Shown here one piece after another: positions 41,070 through 43,442 of a DNA stretch of 43,442 nt. The notes beneath the pieces were generated by a model, which made no database searches, was not told the DNA's origin, and saw nothing but the letters and a program-made list of their open reading frames with translations. Source of the stretch: a virus (taxonomy: Duplodnaviria; Caudoviricetes); IMG/VR virus record IMGVR_UViG_3300042988_000536, positions 1 to 43,442 of that record, one strand, 5' to 3'. Position 1 is the stretch's first letter. Each line of letters begins with the position of its first letter. A program made the position numbers and the translations under genes.

Positions 41070-43442
41070 TGGGCGGCAAAACTTCGACGACGACACAGCA
41101 GGTCCAAATCCCCAAGGAGGTGATGGAGCGCTACAATGCTGTGAACAAGCGCGCCGAGGGTGTCGCGACAACGCCGTTCCAGACCTACTCGACTGATCCG
41201 TCGGCGTTCGTCGCGCCGATCACTCAGCAGCAGCAGTCCGGCATCGACGCCATCAATCAGACCGCTGGCGTCTACCAGCCGTACCTTGACAAGGCCGCGC
41301 TGACCTTTGGGGAAGGCCTGAAGAGCGCTCAGCCCGGCGCGCTCAACGTCAATCAGTACATGAACCCCTATCAGCAGCAGGTCGTCGATGCGACCATGCG
41401 GCAGATGATGCAGGCGAACGAGCAGGCGCAGTCCGGCGCTCTCGGCACCGCGATCCAGTCCGGGGCTTTCGGCGGGGACCGCGCTGGCATCGCCGCAGCG
41501 AACCTTGCCAACCAGCAGGGGCTCGCGATGGGCTCCACGCTGGCTGGCCTCAACTCCGAGAACTACCAGCAGGCGATGGCGACCGCCCAGCAGCAGCAGG
41601 GACTGGCGCTGGGGGCAACGCAGGCCGATCTGGAGCGCATGATGTCCGGCGGGCAGTTCTATGCCGGTCTCGGTCAGGCCGCGCAGGGCATGGGCCTGCA
41701 GGGTGCGGAGGCCATGCTCAACGCAGGCACGCTGGGCCAGCAGACCGAGCAGGCCGGAAAGACCGCCCTGTACAACCAGTTCATGCAGCAGCAGGCGTAC
41801 CCGTTCCAAGTCGCCCAGTTCCTCGCGAACATCGCGATGGGTACCGGCGCTCTGTCCGGCTCCACGACAACCACGACCCAGCCCGCGCCGTTCTTCTCGG
41901 ATCGCCGCCTGAAGGAAAACATCCGCAGGATCGGCCAGACGGACGATGGCCTGCCGATCTACAAGTACCAGTACAAGGGCGAAGACCAGACGCATATCGG
42001 CTTCATGGCCGACGAGGTGGAGAAGAAAAAGCCGGAGGCGGTTGGCCTGCACCCGACCGGGTACAAGACTGTCGACTATGACCGCGCGACGAAGGCTGGA
42101 GGCGGCGGCATCGCCGGGCCGTACGGATCGACCGTTGGCTCTCAGCCCGGCCTCTCAAGCTACGTCCCTGAAGCGTACCTCCCTGTGGGCGAACTGATGG
42201 TCGCCGATGGGCAGATGATCGACACCACAAATCAGTCCTTGGCGGGGCAGGCTCAAGCGGCCGCCAGCTTCGGGGACAGCCTCTCCACCCTCTATGATCA
42301 GTATGGATCGGTGAAGAAAAAGGTCGACGAGTGGCGTCAGCGTCAGCGCGATCAAGCCGACGCAACGCCCGGAGCCCCCTCCTATCGCGGCGGCCTGCGC
42401 GGCGGCTATGCGTACGGAGGCGAGATTGAGGACCGTGCAGAATATCTGACGCCGGGCCTCGTCGGGAACCAGAACCCCGTCGATAAGAAGACCTACCTCT
42501 CGGACACGCTGGAGAGCCAAGGGAAGGCCGACAAGCCCCGACTGGAAACCGCCGGAGGCGCTGGAGGTTCCGGTTCCAGCCCGGCGTCCGGACTTGGCAG
42601 CCTCCTGACCGGGGTCTCCTCGATCCTCCCCTTCCTCGGCTTCAAGGATGGAGGCCGGGCGGGTTATGCCGCCGGGGGAGCGCCCGATGAGCGCGAGCTT
42701 GAGGCTGGCCTTCGCGCAGCCCTGATCAACCAGATGGGCGGCGTGTACAAGGCACCCCCTGCGGCGCAAGCCCCGGCACCGTCCTCCGAGATCGCTCCGG
42801 AGGGTGGACTTCGTGGTGCGGCGATCCTTGCGGCGAACGCAGAGCAAAACATGCCTCAAGCATCGCGCGAGGAGTTCAATCGTACGGAGCAGGCCGCCCC
42901 CACCGCGACCCCGCAGCAGGCCCCGACTGGTCTCCCGATGACATCCGGAGCCCCGATTGGTACCGCAGGTCTCGCTGCGGCGATGCCTCCCGTTCCCGAC
43001 AACATGCCGCCGATGGAAACATCCGCTCGCCCGCAGCCCAGACCTGCGGGCCTCGCCGCAGCTGGCGCTCCTACTGCGGTAGACCTTTCGGCCGCCGGTA
43101 TCGGCGTCGACAAGCCTGTCGCCGCATCGGTCAATGCTTCAGGCATGGACCCGCGCGACTTCTACAGGAGCAACATCCTTCGTCAGGAGAGCGGGCATCG
43201 TCAGTTCGATGAGAACGGGAAGCCGCTGACCTCGTCGGCTGGCGCTGTCGGCATCGGTCAGGTCATGGAAGGCACCGGACCTGAGGCGGCCGCACTCGCC
43301 GGACTTGACTGGGACCGCGAGCGCTGGATGTACGACGCCGACTACAACGCGGCCATCGGCGAGGCGTACTTCCTCGAACAGTACCGCCGCTTTGGCAGCC
43401 TCGACAAAGCCGCCGCAGCATACAATGCTGGCCCCGGCGCTC
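41069..43442 (+). CDS. DNA-ejection/internal virion protein with internal S74 chaperone domain and lytic transglycosylase domain (3' truncated)
   Basis: Absent from the ORF track (open to window end). MGGKTSTTTQ..., YMNPYQ, GAFGGDR; FSDRRLKENI...GFMADEVE...VDY (S74); RQESG...GAVGIGQVM...AAYNAGPG (SLT). Confidence 0.85.
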   Translation, partial: MGGKTSTTTQQVQIPKEVMERYNAVNKRAEGVATTPFQTYSTDPSAFVAPITQQQQSGIDAINQTAGVYQPYLDKAALTFGEGLKSAQPGALNVNQYMNPYQQQVVDATMRQMMQANEQAQSGALGTAIQSGAFGGDRAGIAAANLANQQGLAMGSTLAGLNSENYQQAMATAQQQQGLALGATQADLERMMSGGQFYAGLGQAAQGMGLQGAEAMLNAGTLGQQTEQAGKTALYNQFMQQQAYPFQVAQFLANIAMGTGALSGSTTTTTQPAPFFSDRRLKENIRRIGQTDDGLPIYKYQYKGEDQTHIGFMADEVEKKKPEAVGLHPTGYKTVDYDRATKAGGGGIAGPYGSTVGSQPGLSSYVPEAYLPVGELMVADGQMIDTTNQSLAGQAQAAASFGDSLSTLYDQYGSVKKKVDEWRQRQRDQADATPGAPSYRGGLRGGYAYGGEIEDRAEYLTPGLVGNQNPVDKKTYLSDTLESQGKADKPRLETAGGAGGSGSSPASGLGSLLTGVSSILPFLGFKDGGRAGYAAGGAPDERELEAGLRAALINQMGGVYKAPPAAQAPAPSSEIAPEGGLRGAAILAANAEQNMPQASREEFNRTEQAAPTATPQQAPTGLPMTSGAPIGTAGLAAAMPPVPDNMPPMETSARPQPRPAGLAAAGAPTAVDLSAAGIGVDKPVAASVNASGMDPRDFYRSNILRQESGHRQFDENGKPLTSSAGAVGIGQVMEGTGPEAAALAGLDWDRERWMYDADYNAAIGEAYFLEQYRRFGSLDKAAAAYNAGPGA

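Noticed and set aside
42416-42725. Further nested genes started by GGAGG within GG motifs (42416, 42650)
   Set aside because: Downstream alternative-frame ORFs are only about 7 and 19 codons, with a weak start or poor spacing.
1-43442. Prophage boundaries, integrase, host genes or genetic-code reassignment
   Set aside because: None visible; genes read through with the standard code. Lifestyle cannot be determined from this window.

Overview
This window is part of a high-GC tailed dsDNA phage genome with a P22-like, podovirus-type gene set. The host is probably an alphaproteobacterium, possibly Rhodobacteraceae (inferred from S-x-RP-x-x-RP motifs and CCUCCCU-loop hairpins). 1-6.9 kb holds small early/accessory ORFs, sigma70-type promoters and an AT-rich origin-like region (2.5-2.85 kb). 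6.9-13.9 kb holds terS, a metallophosphoesterase, terL, dCTP deaminase and the portal. 13.9-23.8 kb holds four large virion-cargo-like ORFs. Three are strings of unrelated enzyme-like modules (M15 peptidase, two ADP-ribosyltransferase-like, HhH glycosylase-like, zincin-like, pyrophosphatase-like); the fourth is a disordered run of motif copies. Essentially every module boundary carries a short [FYHKRA]-[AKSM]-x-G-G motif, which recurs in a tail-region protein and in the ejection-type protein. One module contains a nested out-of-frame gene whose Shine-Dalgarno site is formed by the GG codons. 23.8-29.5 kb holds a GroES-like chaperonin, a scaffold-like protein, a tRNA-Met(CAT) within a cluster of structured RNAs, and the major capsid protein. 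29.5-43.4 kb holds neck/tail/fibre genes, an embedded lysis cassette, a GNAT and a truncated ejection-type protein (internal S74 chaperone plus lytic transglycosylase). The best candidate for an undescribed system is the GG-motif-punctuated effector polyprotein cassette with a possible motif reader/protease. All calls come from reading motifs by eye; no searches were run.
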